The position numbers and the translations under genes were made by a program. A DNA stretch of 63,367 nt, counting the filler, from Basidiobolus meristosporus CBS 931.73 (Eukaryota; Fungi; Basidiobolomycota), in assembly GCA_002104905.1 (NCBI GenBank). It is 3 parts of 3 records of this genome, joined end to end, with 100 filler letters (N's around TTAATTAATTAA, not from the genome) between each part and the next. Parts side by side here need not be neighbours in the genome. Positions count along the whole stretch, not along the records: positions 28,573 to 53,961 come from MCFE01000931.1; positions 54,062 to 63,367 come from MCFE01001327.1; 1 more part is not named here. One strand, given 5' to 3'. The notes beneath the pieces were generated by a model, which made no database searches, had not been told where the DNA came from, and worked only from the letters and a program-made list of their open reading frames with translations. Positions 53,456-63,003 of this stretch are shown here, in pieces. Positions within the stretch are counted from its first letter, which is position 1, and each line of letters opens with the position of its first letter.

Positions 53456-53961
53456 ATAAAGCAAAGAAACCACTATTCTGAGCAACATAAGTAAGATTGA
53501 GTAAAATTACCAGTAACTGTATCATACCACTGGCATCATGGTAGAAATTATAGTGCCAGATAGTGCCGTAGAGTGCCAAATCAATCCGGCACTATAAACC
53601 GGCTGGCACTATGTGGCACTATCCAACGGATCAAGTCTAGTATGTTTATACAAGAAGACATCCACTGAGAGAAATGTGTCTGGAGCATTATGAAGAGTAA
53701 ATAAAGCAAGGAAAGCACTATTCTAAGCAACATAAGTATGATTGAGTAAAATTACCAGTAACTGTATCATACCACTGGCATCATGGTAGAAATTATAGTG
53801 CCAGCTAGTGCCGTAGAGTGCCAGATTGATCCAGCACTATAAACCGGCTGGCACTATGTGGCACTATCCAACGGAACAAGTCTATTAACTTCCATTTCCA
53901 ATCACTTTGGAAATGAGGTAGGGGCCAGTCCATTTGTTGTCAAACTTCTGACTCCATTGTT

Positions 53962-54061
53962 NNNNNNNNNNNNNNNNNNNNNNNNNNNNNNNNNNNNNNN
54001 NNNNNTTAATTAATTAANNNNNNNNNNNNNNNNNNNNNNNNNNNNNNNNNNNNNNNNNNNN
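53962..54061. other. Artificial scaffold or contig linker
   Basis: 44 N + TTAATTAATTAA + 44 N. Confidence 0.95.
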
Positions 54062-54680
54062 AACAAGTCAATTATACATTTCTGATACAGTATAATCAGG
54101 AAGTACCAAAAGCCTGGACCACTAGTTGCAATTAATATGGGTGTGGATAGGTGAACAAGATAAATGACAATTGTATCATCAATCAGCTGATGTCTTGGCA
54201 ACTGCTAAGTGATTAGATAGATCTTAGATGACTAATTATCCAGGAAGTTCTTGCAAATTGGTTTATAACTTAATGATCTTAGGGAGAGGAAAGTCACCAA
54301 GTGGTGAAATCTTTATTTACTTATGACAAGTTTTGAAGTAGCCATGTTAATCTGAAGTAATACCTAGAAAGCCAGGCCTGAGAGATATCTTCCTGGTAAG
54401 CCAGGTCTGAGAGTTGAAAAGCTGAGTAGCACTGTATCTCCTAGTTAGCTAGGTCTGAGAGAGATTTCCTGAAAGCCAGGCCTGAGAATTGAGAATCTGA
54501 GTATACCTGAGGTGAATTGTACTGATTTGCAGTAGCTGATTTGTAGCCAAAAAGGCCGGTGGACTGGGGGAACTGAGAGGAATTTCTGGACAATCACTGG
54601 CATTGTTTACTAGGCAAATCTGACCAATTGGCATTTGGAGGATTTTAACCAATCAAATCCTTTATTGTGCCCAATAGTTG
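54062..54680. repeat. Unclassified LTR-like repeat fragment with four AAGCCAGG(C/T)CTGAGA-like subrepeats
   Basis: Subrepeats at 54369, 54398, 54446 and 54473. 54157-54235 is homologous in inverted orientation to 57711-57791. Confidence 0.5.
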
Positions 54681-54766
54681 ATCAAGCCATCTTCCAATGA
54701 GCACACATCAATTTATTGATCAAATATTGTTGGATCCAGGATATGAACCCACAACCATGGGTATGG

Positions 54767-56432
54767 TGTTGTAAGAGTCTTGGAGATATTGGAAGTGATT
54801 GGGAGAACAAGCAGATTATGTGGTTTTCACTTAATGATTTATTGAATGTAAAAGAAGTATTTATACTTTTACATGGTCTTGGAGTAACAAGCATATAGAA
54901 CAGTTTAAGGAAGGTGCCAAGATCATGTGTGCAAAGTTTGGGGCTGTTTTGACAACTTTGAGAATTTTCATGCTCTGGGTACCTGGTATTTTGGTGAAAA
55001 TATTCTAAGTAAATCTCAACAAAGAATTTGGTCAGTATTCTCTAGCATATGAAGGTAATGATCCAAGTGACTATGTAAGGTGAATATTTAGGTGGAAATA
55101 CAAACTTTTACAACACTCTCACACAGCTAAATGCTCATACTGACTAGTCCTAATTTTGCCCTAAGATATTGAAACTTGTCTCTAGCTAATGGTTTGGTAA
55201 ATATGTCTGCAATCATTTCATCTGTAGGACAGTAAACTAAGCTAACTAAGTTATTCTCTATAGCTTCACATAGAAATGATGTCTAATATCTATGAGCTTG
55301 GTTCTAGCTCAAAAAGTTGGATTTCTTCCTAATTGTATACATCCATGATTATCTTGAAATAAAGTAATAGGCGTTTTTTGACATATACCTAAATCTGTAA
55401 ACGTTTTCTTAGCCACATTGCTTCTTTTGCAGCTTCACAGGCTGCCATATACTCTACACATGTGGTAGAAAGTGCCACAGTTGGTTGCTTTCTTGAATTC
55501 CATGAAATTGCTCTTTGACAGTAAAGAAAGGTGTATCCTGTGGTGGATCATCTGTCTTCTGAGTTTTGTCCCCAATCAGCACCAGAGTATCCCACAAGAT
55601 CCTGTTCTGAGTCCTCATAAGTGTATCTTAAGCAGATATCAGCAGTTCCTTTTAGATATCTAAAAATCCGCTTAACTGCTGCAATATGATCAGATCCATA
55701 GTTCTGATTATGATGACTGACAACTCCCACTGAATATGAGATATCTGGACATGTTCCAAGCATGATATACATTAGACTGCCGGCTATAGATTGATAAGGA
55801 AAGTCAGGGCTTTCAGATGGCACCAAGGTCTCTTGATCTGGTTGAGTTTTGACCAAGTTAAGGTTTGTTTCCATTGGGGTAGCTGCCAGTTTACAGTCTT
55901 CCATTTGGTACTTCTTTAGTATATCTTGAGTATACTTGGACTGGCTTAGGGTGATAGTCTGGGTACTTCTGTCTATGGAGAACTTAATCCCTAAGTAGTA
56001 ACTGAGTTCTCCTAGATCAGACATCTTGAACTCCTTAGATAGGCTGGATTTAGCCTCTTCCAATGTTTCTAGGTTATTGGTGCCTATAATAAGATCATCC
56101 ACATATAGAGCTAATAGAGCTGGATTTGCTTTATCTGGCTTATGTTATATACTATAGTCAGCATTACTTTTGAAACGCAAAGATTCTAAATAAGAATTTG
56201 TCTTGCAATTCCAAGCTCTTGGTGATTGTTTGAGACCATATAGTGACTTTTTAAGCTTGCAGACAAAATGGGGGTTATCTTGGTCAACAAACCCATCAGG
56301 CCAATCCATATACATGTCCTCATCAAGTTCTCCATTCAAAAATGCAGTTTTTACATCCATTTGATGAATAAAAAACTTATATTTGGCTGCAATAGCCAAT
56401 ATTAATCTGATAGAATTAAACTTGGCTACTGT
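54767..56432 (-). mobile_element. Copia 3' portion (3' LTR 54767-55115, RNase H, RT), interrupted at 56433 by a gypsy LTR
   Basis: ORFs 55548..56102 (DDLIIG, DLGELSYYLGI, YQSIAGSLMY, ADWG) and 56145..56513 (QMDVKTAFLNG, LYGLKQSPRAW). Confidence 0.9.
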
Positions 56433-57502
56433 TGTGGTGGTGTATAAGTCCAAGGGAGAGATATGTCCAACACTTCTCAAGTGTTTTGTGTGTGGGGTGT
56501 TCACTGGGTGCAATAACCTCTGGCAAAAGCTTGCTAGGAATACTTGGGTTCTGTCTCTAATCTAATGTGAAGGGGAATAAAGCCACAAGCTTGTCAAGGG
56601 AAAACTATTGAGCTACAATCCCCAACTTAGTTGGCATCTTAACAAAAGTATGTGCTGGGTTCAGCATCCTTTGAGATGACAATGTACTAAAGCTTCCAAA
56701 GTCAAAACAACTGTAAACTCCACCAGCAGGGACTTGATAAGAATGTAGCTGTGGTCAATAGTTACAAAGACAGAAAAGTATCTTTGCCTGTACAAGAACA
56801 CACTTGAGAAAGAATCAAATACAATAAAAGATACCTACTCTGAGTATTCCTCACAAGTAGTGCCTCCAAGGTTAGTTAGCTGTCAGCACAGTTTCCTGGG
56901 AGCATCCTGTGGTCTGGGGTTGGAAGTTCAGGTAGCAGCAGGTAGCAGTGACCACACTAATCAACAAGTTGGTATATTGATAAAAAGGATGATGATTTAC
57001 TGTTGAGGGATAGCCTCCCTTATATACTTTTCTTACTGGCTAAGTGATTACTAATCATGGTGTTCCAGAAGGTTCCGTATATCAATAGAACTCTTAATGC
57101 CATCAGAATGACCTAAGAATGTTCTAAGTAGGTGTTGGAAGGTTCTAAGAGGCACAGCACATCCAACCAATCAGGAATCAGTACTGTGAAGCCTGTGTAA
57201 CATAGGGATATCATATATGGTATTGAAATGGTAGAGATGGTGACACAGGCTGACCATGTGTCATGGGTACCAGTACAGGTACTTGCCCAATATAGAAGCA
57301 CTTACTGCTAGTAATCTTACATAAAGTAGGGGATAACTTACGCAATAGGTTAGCAGTTGTAGTACTTAACCGGCTTATGGGATAGTACTGATCAGGTAAG
57401 ATAAATGGGTTAAAACTAAAATATGGGTAGTAGAGAAATAGGTAAGTAGAAAATATGGGAATGAGCACATCTGTCAGTGGGTGTCACTGTCACCCCACTA
57501 CA
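56433..57502 (-). repeat. Gypsy-family LTR, copy e
   Basis: Homologous to copies a-d. The right flank is not the continuation of the copia on the left, so no clean TSD. Confidence 0.9.
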
Positions 57503-57789
57503 CTGGTTGTTGTGCATCAACGTTTAAAAACTTGGCCAATTTCACTTTGTTAGAAAATCTAGCATCCTAACTGATTTTCCCTAACCCAAACATAACTAGT
57601 CCCTGTTATGGTTTATTTTATCACTTCTTGGAATCTATTTTTAGCTGTCACACCTGATCAATTTTATGTGGTCATTACATCCTCTACTGATCTGCTAAGC
57701 CTTTCCAAGTGATTAGTCATATGGATTTATTCAACCACTTGGCAGTTGCCAAGACATCAGCTGATTAATGATGCAATTTTTCATTTATC

Positions 57790-58658
57790 TTAGGGGGGAG
57801 ACAGTCACCAACAGGTAAAATTTTTATTTCAGTTGAAACAAAGAAGCCAGCACTACTGTTGTAGCTTTGATACAAGAGTGTGTAGCTGAGGGGAATTTGT
57901 ACGTAAGTTTACAAGAAGAGATGATAGTTCTTCAGTGCTCAAGACACTGTTCAGTGGGAAGGGGGGTAGCAAGAGGGGTAAGAATGATTTGTGAACAACA
58001 TCAATGAGGGGAATATGATAAGAATTGATATTCATCATAAAGGGAGTGTGCTGCTTCAGATATTGCTACCAAAGGTCTGTCAAGTACTTGAGGTAGGCCA
58101 GCATGGGTTTTTCTGACCACAGAATATAGTGAGCAAACTTCTTGACTTTAGGATCTCCAAGTATAGTTCTCCAGCAGGAGTCAGGTGTAGTGTGATGTGT
58201 TCTCTTCCAGGTCTTGATCAGTGGGTTGTTGCAGTGGTGAAGTTTGAGATATAATCTGGTTCTAAGGTAGAGTAGTCTGATCTTGTAGGGCATAAGCCCA
58301 AATGCACCAAGAATAGCATGTCTGTAGGGGCATTCAGGCAGATAAGGCACCAAGGATGTAATGCACCAGACTGCAAACTTGTCAAGCTTAGTGCAGTATC
58401 TAGAAGTAAGAGAGAGAAGTGGTAAGCCAAATTCCAGGACAGGGAAGACAAACTGCTTGAGTAGAAGGAGGCAGCTGGGAGCAGAAGTTGTAGGAGGAGC
58501 TACAGCCAGTAGCTTGTGCAGTGCTTGACTTGCCAGGATAATTCTCTTCTTCAGGTGTGTTCCAGAGTCTAGTCCAGTAGGAAGGAAAGGAAAGCCAAGA
58601 TATGTAGCAGAAACTTAAGCAGATAGTGTGCAGTTGTCTAAGTTGATAGGACAACCCA
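57790..58658 (-). mobile_element. 5'-truncated, diverged copy of the telomeric non-LTR retrotransposon
   Basis: Aligns with 58662-59530 of the full copy (ORFs 57853..58038, 58066..58353). 3' junction reads TTA-G6-AGACAGTCACCAACAGG on the + strand. Confidence 0.9.
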
Positions 58659-58725
58659 GGGTTAGGGGGGGAGACAGTCACCAACAGGTGAAATCTTTAT
58701 TTCAGTTGAAACAAAGAAGCCAGCG

Positions 58726-61494
58726 CTACTGTTGTAGCTTTGATACAAGAGTGTGTAGCTGAGGGGAATTTGTAGGTAAGTTAATAAGAAGTGATGATAG
58801 TTCTTCAGTGCTCAAGACACTGTTCAGTGGGAAGGGGGGTAGCAAGAGAGGTAAGAATGACTTGTGAACAACATTAATGAGGGGAATGTGATAAGGATTG
58901 ATATTCATCATAAAGGAAGTGTGCTGCTGCAGATATTGCTGCCAAAGGTCTGTCAAGTACTTCAGGTAGGCCAGATTGGGTTTTTCTGACTGCAGAATAA
59001 ATTCTGCAAACTTCTTGACTTCAGGATCTCCAAGTATAGTTCTCCAGCAGGAGCCAGGTGTTGTGTGGTGTGTTCTCTTCCAGGCCTTAATCAGTGGGTT
59101 GTTGCAGTGGTGAAGTCTGAGATATAATCTGGTTCTAAGGTAGAGAAGTCTGATCTTATAGGGCATAAACCCAAAAGCACCAAGAATAGCATGTCTGTAG
59201 GGGCATTCAGGCAAATGAGGCACCAAGGAGGTAATGCACCATACTGCAAACTTGTCAAGCTTAGTGCAGTCTCTAGAAGTAAGAGAGAGAAGTGGTAAGC
59301 CAAATTCCAGTACAGGGAAGACAAACTGCTTGAGTAGAAGAAGGCAGCTGGGAGCTGAAGTTGTAGGAGGAGTAACAGCCAGTAGCTTGTGGAGTGCCTG
59401 TCTTGCCAGGATAATTCTCTTCTTCAGGTGTGCTCCAGAGTCTAGTCCAGTAGGAAGGAAAGGAAAGCCAAGATATGTAGCAGAAACCTGAGCAGGTAGA
59501 GTGGAGTTCTCTAAGGTGATGGGAGAGCCCAAAGGTACTGTCTTTGCAATGGAAAGCTGGAGATTATTCTTCTGCAGATACTGGTGGATGGTCTGGGAGT
59601 CTTGTTGCACATTGGAGGAGGATATTCTGATGTCATCAGCAAAGAGAGTAACCAGGCAGTCAGCTGAGAGTCTTGGGAAATCATTCAGGAAGATGGCAAA
59701 CAGTATAGGACCAAGCACAGAGCCTTGAACCACACCATTAGGAACTGAGAACACAGCTGATTGCTCACTTGGGTGCAGAATTCTTGCTTGTGGATCCAGA
59801 AACAGGGACCTGACAAGGAGGGTGAGAGAGGTACTGGAGAAGCATTGCAACTTGGACCAAAGCAGATTTCTGTCAACTGAATCAAAGGCCTTAGTAATAT
59901 CAAACAGAACTGAGGGATACTTGCACTGGAGAGAGTGATCTTGGCTAAGTATGACTGCATATTCCAAGGAGAGGCCAGGAACAAAGCCAAACTGTGCAGG
60001 ATGAAACTTGAGGGAGTCAGAGTAGAGCTCCTGAGCAAGCAGAAGCTCAAACACCTTTCTGCAGGTGGGCAGCAGAGATATTGGCCTGTAGGAGCTAGGA
60101 TCCAGGTGCTTTCCTTTACCCTTGTACAGTGGCAGAACATTTGCAAAGGACCATTCCTCAGGAGTAGAAAGCTGGGCTGAGCATTGCTGAAACAGTGGAA
60201 GCAGAAGTGCAGACATGGCCTTGGTACTAGTCTTCAGAAGCTCATAAGAGATTGTGTCCACACCTGGAGCAGTAGAGTTGGGAAGCCTCTTGAGCACATT
60301 ATGGATTCTCCTTTGATCAAGTGCAAGTGGGATGGGCAGAGTCTTGAAGTCAGGATGAAAGCCAGGAGTTGAGTACTGCTTTGTAGAGAAGAAGATGTTA
60401 GCCAGCTGTTCTGTTGAAGGTAACTTCCTGGAAGAGGGCCTCATTGCCCTGTAGAGTCTTGATACTGTTCTTGTTATAGAGTTGGAAGATTGCAGAGGCA
60501 AGGAACTCATAATATGATCCCAGAGCTGAGTATGCAGAGTGTGGTGAATTGCCCTGGAGTGGTGTATTGCTGTCAGGAGGAGTTTCTCTGTTTTTGGGTT
60601 AGGGAAACTCAGGTAGCTTTGTTGCAGGGCTGAAACAATGGATTCCCATTTTCTTGAGGTAACAGCAGTAGTCTTGCATGGCAGTGAGAGGGAGGCAGAC
60701 ACCAGAATCAGATGCTTCACAAAGAGCCAGGCATAGTTGAGATCATCTGGCAGAGAAAGTAGCAAACTGGCAAGCTTCAAGTAGTTCCCAAAGTCTTTCT
60801 TCTGATTCTTGGTAGCTTTGTGGGTGAGCACAGTAAGTTTTGGCAGCTTCTTCTTCACAACTGGTTGCATAGAAAGGGACCAGGCTGGGTGGTCAGAGGC
60901 TCTCAAGGATCCTAGCTCAGCTCCAGAGAATTGCTTAACTTCATCCACAAAGTAGAGGGCAGCAGCAGAAGGGCAGATCCAGTCAACACATCTTTTCTCT
61001 GATTGAGCACCTAGTGCTAGCAGATGGCTTTCTCTCAGGAAGTTCAGTAGGAATGTAGACCTTGGCTTCATTCTTGCAGTCAGAGTAGTCTTGTTCTCAG
61101 GATGGGGAATGTTGAGATCTCCAAGCAAGATAATAGGTGTTGATATAGATTGCTGGTATTGCTGAACTTTCTGGCATATAACTTGCACTTCCTGAAGGGC
61201 AAGACTTGGAGGCAGATAGCAGAGCACCAGACTGATAGTTGGCAACTGGAGAGCAGCACAGTAAGGGGAGTAAAGAGGAACACAGAGCTGAGGAGTATTG
61301 ATGGTAGAAGAGATGAAGCAGATAGAGGAGGTATTCTTTGTTCTAGGAGTAGAAAAGCAATATAGATTAGTCAAAAGTATAGAAGGTAGCTGAACATCAA
61401 TCAAACACAGGAGGGAAAATCTTGAAAGAAGTCTCTCTAGAGTTGGTCTTGATGGCTGTATGCTGTTGCAGTTAAGCAACAGAACTTCAGGTAG
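58726..61494 (-). CDS. LINE ORF2: APE-type endonuclease + reverse transcriptase (no upstream AUG)
   Basis: APE motifs VLLLNCN, LCYLPP, LLGDLN, VDWI, ASDHP. RT motifs YRPISLLPTCRKVFE, QFGF, FDITKAFDSV, GVVQGSVLGPILF, LFADDI, YLGF. Uninterrupted for ~922 codons. Confidence 0.95.
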   Translation of the reverse strand, partial: LPEVLLLNCNSIQPSRPTLERLLSRFSLLCLIDVQLPSILLTNLYCFSTPRTKNTSSICFISSTINTPQLCVPLYSPYCAALQLPTISLVLCYLPPSLALQEVQVICQKVQQYQQSISTPIILLGDLNIPHPENKTTLTARMKPRSTFLLNFLRESHLLALGAQSEKRCVDWICPSAAALYFVDEVKQFSGAELGSLRASDHPAWSLSMQPVVKKKLPKLTVLTHKATKNQKKDFGNYLKLASLLLSLPDDLNYAWLFVKHLILVSASLSLPCKTTAVTSRKWESIVSALQQSYLSFPNPKTEKLLLTAIHHSRAIHHTLHTQLWDHIMSSLPLQSSNSITRTVSRLYRAMRPSSRKLPSTEQLANIFFSTKQYSTPGFHPDFKTLPIPLALDQRRIHNVLKRLPNSTAPGVDTISYELLKTSTKAMSALLLPLFQQCSAQLSTPEEWSFANVLPLYKGKGKHLDPSSYRPISLLPTCRKVFELLLAQELYSDSLKFHPAQFGFVPGLSLEYAVILSQDHSLQCKYPSVLFDITKAFDSVDRNLLWSKLQCFSSTSLTLLVRSLFLDPQARILHPSEQSAVFSVPNGVVQGSVLGPILFAIFLNDFPRLSADCLVTLFADDIRISSSNVQQDSQTIHQYLQKNNLQLSIAKTVPLGSPITLENSTLPAQVSATYLGFPFLPTGLDSGAHLKKRIILARQALHKLLAVTPPTTSAPSCLLLLKQFVFPVLEFGLPLLSLTSRDCTKLDKFAVWCITSLVPHLPECPYRHAILGAFGFMPYKIRLLYLRTRLYLRLHHCNNPLIKAWKRTHHTTPGSCWRTILGDPEVKKFAEFILQSEKPNLAYLKYLTDLWQQYLQQHTSFMMNINPYHIPLINVVHKSFLPLLLPPFPLNSVLSTEELSSLLINLPTNSPQLHTLVSKLQQ

Positions 61495-63003
61495 TCAGGC
61501 AGAGGTTGTAGCTTCTTCAGAGGCAGCATTGACAATGTGACCTGCAGAGTCCCAGAGCTCTTCAAATGGTGCATCACTTAAGTCAGCAAGGAGGGAAATG
61601 GCATGGTTCTTGAGGAAGTATGCCACATCATAGGAGGGGGCTTGTCTCTTGATGGCAGCAAAGAAAGACAGAATGGCCACATGGGCTGGAGGCTTGTTGA
61701 ACAGTAGAGAGTCAGAGGATTCAGATTCTTCAGGCACTATCTTGAAGTCAGTTTTCAGCCAGTTAAGGTTCTTCTTCACAAAGGCAACAAATGGGTCAGC
61801 AATGTTTTGGTCTAGGATAACCTCCAGAATCTTCCCTTTTCTCCAGGCCAGGTTGACAATTCTTGAGAGCTGAATATTGCATGCCTTGAGTGCTTTCCTG
61901 ATGTTGGAGATGGGAGTCCAGGGAACTTGCTTCAAGTACACCACAGTCCAGGTAGAAGCTGGTGGTAGGTTTGCTGGGGGCTTGTAAGTCCTTCTGTGTG
62001 GCAATGGAGCTGCAGTAGTCAGATTGGAGTCCACATTCTCAGTAGAGGGTTTTCTTGATGTGTCTTGCTGAATGGTACTGGAGCTGGATGTGTTGATAAT
62101 TCTTGCTAGAACCTTGCCTGCATAAGTCTGAGGTATAGCTGAGGTGACTGTAGAGGTGGTGGCAGCTGGTGCAGGTGGAGAGGCAGAAACTGAAGCAGGA
62201 ACTGAGGTCACCTGGGAGAAGGCAGTAGAAGCAGGTTTTCTGGGAGGAACAGAGTTCACTATCCAGTTGTTCTGTAAAACACTGGAGTAGCTTTTCTGTG
62301 GAACAGGATCTTGCTCTTGAACAGGAACAGAAGCAGCAGGCTGGGGCTGAGCAGTAGTGGTAAGGCAGTGGCACTCCAAGGAAGCTTTTTGCAAGGCATC
62401 TCTGGCAGTTTTCAGGGCAGTATTGGCTTCATTCTTGAGCTTCTTGCATTGGGCATCCAGTCTCTTGTTTTCAATAGTCAGGGCAGTATTGGCAGCCTCT
62501 AAATCAGCAATTCTCTTCTCAATTGCAAGGAATCTCTGAAGAAATGCATCAGTAGAAGTGCTGGCATCTGGGAGAGCAGTGGCAGGAATAGAGTCCATTG
62601 ACAGTGGGCTTCTTGGAGGCAAGGAAAGTGGACTGGCAGATTCAGGCACAAAAGGAGATATCCTGGCAGGAGGAGAAGGAGTATCCAAGGCAGTAACAGA
62701 GGCAATTCTTGTTGGTGAAGCAGCAGCAGGGGAGGCAAGCCTGTTCAGAAACTGGGCAGGAGAGAGTGCTTGAGGAGAGGGAGTCTTCAGCTTGCCAAGC
62801 ATGTCTTCCATCAGAGTGATACCAATATTCCTGGTGCATTTGCAGAGAAAAGTAAGCTTCCTGAGTCTGCCAGCTCTTCCATTCCTTCTGATAGTTCCTT
62901 TGTTTCCACAGTTGGGGCAAGAAATCTTCTTGATAGACTTGTCAAAGCAATCAAGAACCTTCCTTTCAGGTGTAGTGGGCTCCTGTTGAGGTTTTGGTGG
63001 CAT
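61495..63003 (-). CDS. LINE ORF1 (502 aa from first ATG): N-terminal Cys4 motif, coiled coil, Pro/Ser/Thr-rich linker, RRM-like C-terminal domain
   Basis: CPNC..x22..CKC. Heptad segment FLQRFLAIEKRIADLEAANTALTIENKRLDAQCKKLK. SYSSVL motif. WTVVYLKQVPW..IRKAL..IVNLAW..LEVIL alternating strand/helix pattern. Domain calls are inferred. Confidence 0.85.
   Translation of the reverse strand: MPPKPQQEPTTPERKVLDCFDKSIKKISCPNCGNKGTIRRNGRAGRLRKLTFLCKCTRNIGITLMEDMLGKLKTPSPQALSPAQFLNRLASPAAASPTRIASVTALDTPSPPARISPFVPESASPLSLPPRSPLSMDSIPATALPDASTSTDAFLQRFLAIEKRIADLEAANTALTIENKRLDAQCKKLKNEANTALKTARDALQKASLECHCLTTTAQPQPAASVPVQEQDPVPQKSYSSVLQNNWIVNSVPPRKPASTAFSQVTSVPASVSASPPAPAATTSTVTSAIPQTYAGKVLARIINTSSSSTIQQDTSRKPSTENVDSNLTTAAPLPHRRTYKPPANLPPASTWTVVYLKQVPWTPISNIRKALKACNIQLSRIVNLAWRKGKILEVILDQNIADPFVAFVKKNLNWLKTDFKIVPEESESSDSLLFNKPPAHVAILSFFAAIKRQAPSYDVAYFLKNHAISLLADLSDAPFEELWDSAGHIVNAASEEATTSA

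Larger units (their letters stand above)
50228..53883 (+). mobile_element. PIF/Harbinger-type DNA transposon, copy 2 (inverted relative to copy 1), with a 245-bp terminal tandem duplication
   Basis: TIR AGACTTGTTCC at 50228 and its reverse complement ending at 53883. Flanks AAT / ATT; a single ATT restores the gypsy reading frame. Confidence 0.88.

Noticed and set aside
54369-54488. Regularly recurring ~16-bp repeats superficially like a CRISPR array
   Set aside because: Eukaryotic context, short degenerate repeats, irregular and partly similar spacers, no cas genes. Better explained as LTR-type subrepeats.
60596-60604. GGGTTAGGG inside LINE ORF2; also CCCTAACCC at 57579-57587
   Set aside because: Single 9-mers with no junction evidence, compatible with chance (the first encodes FPNP in frame).
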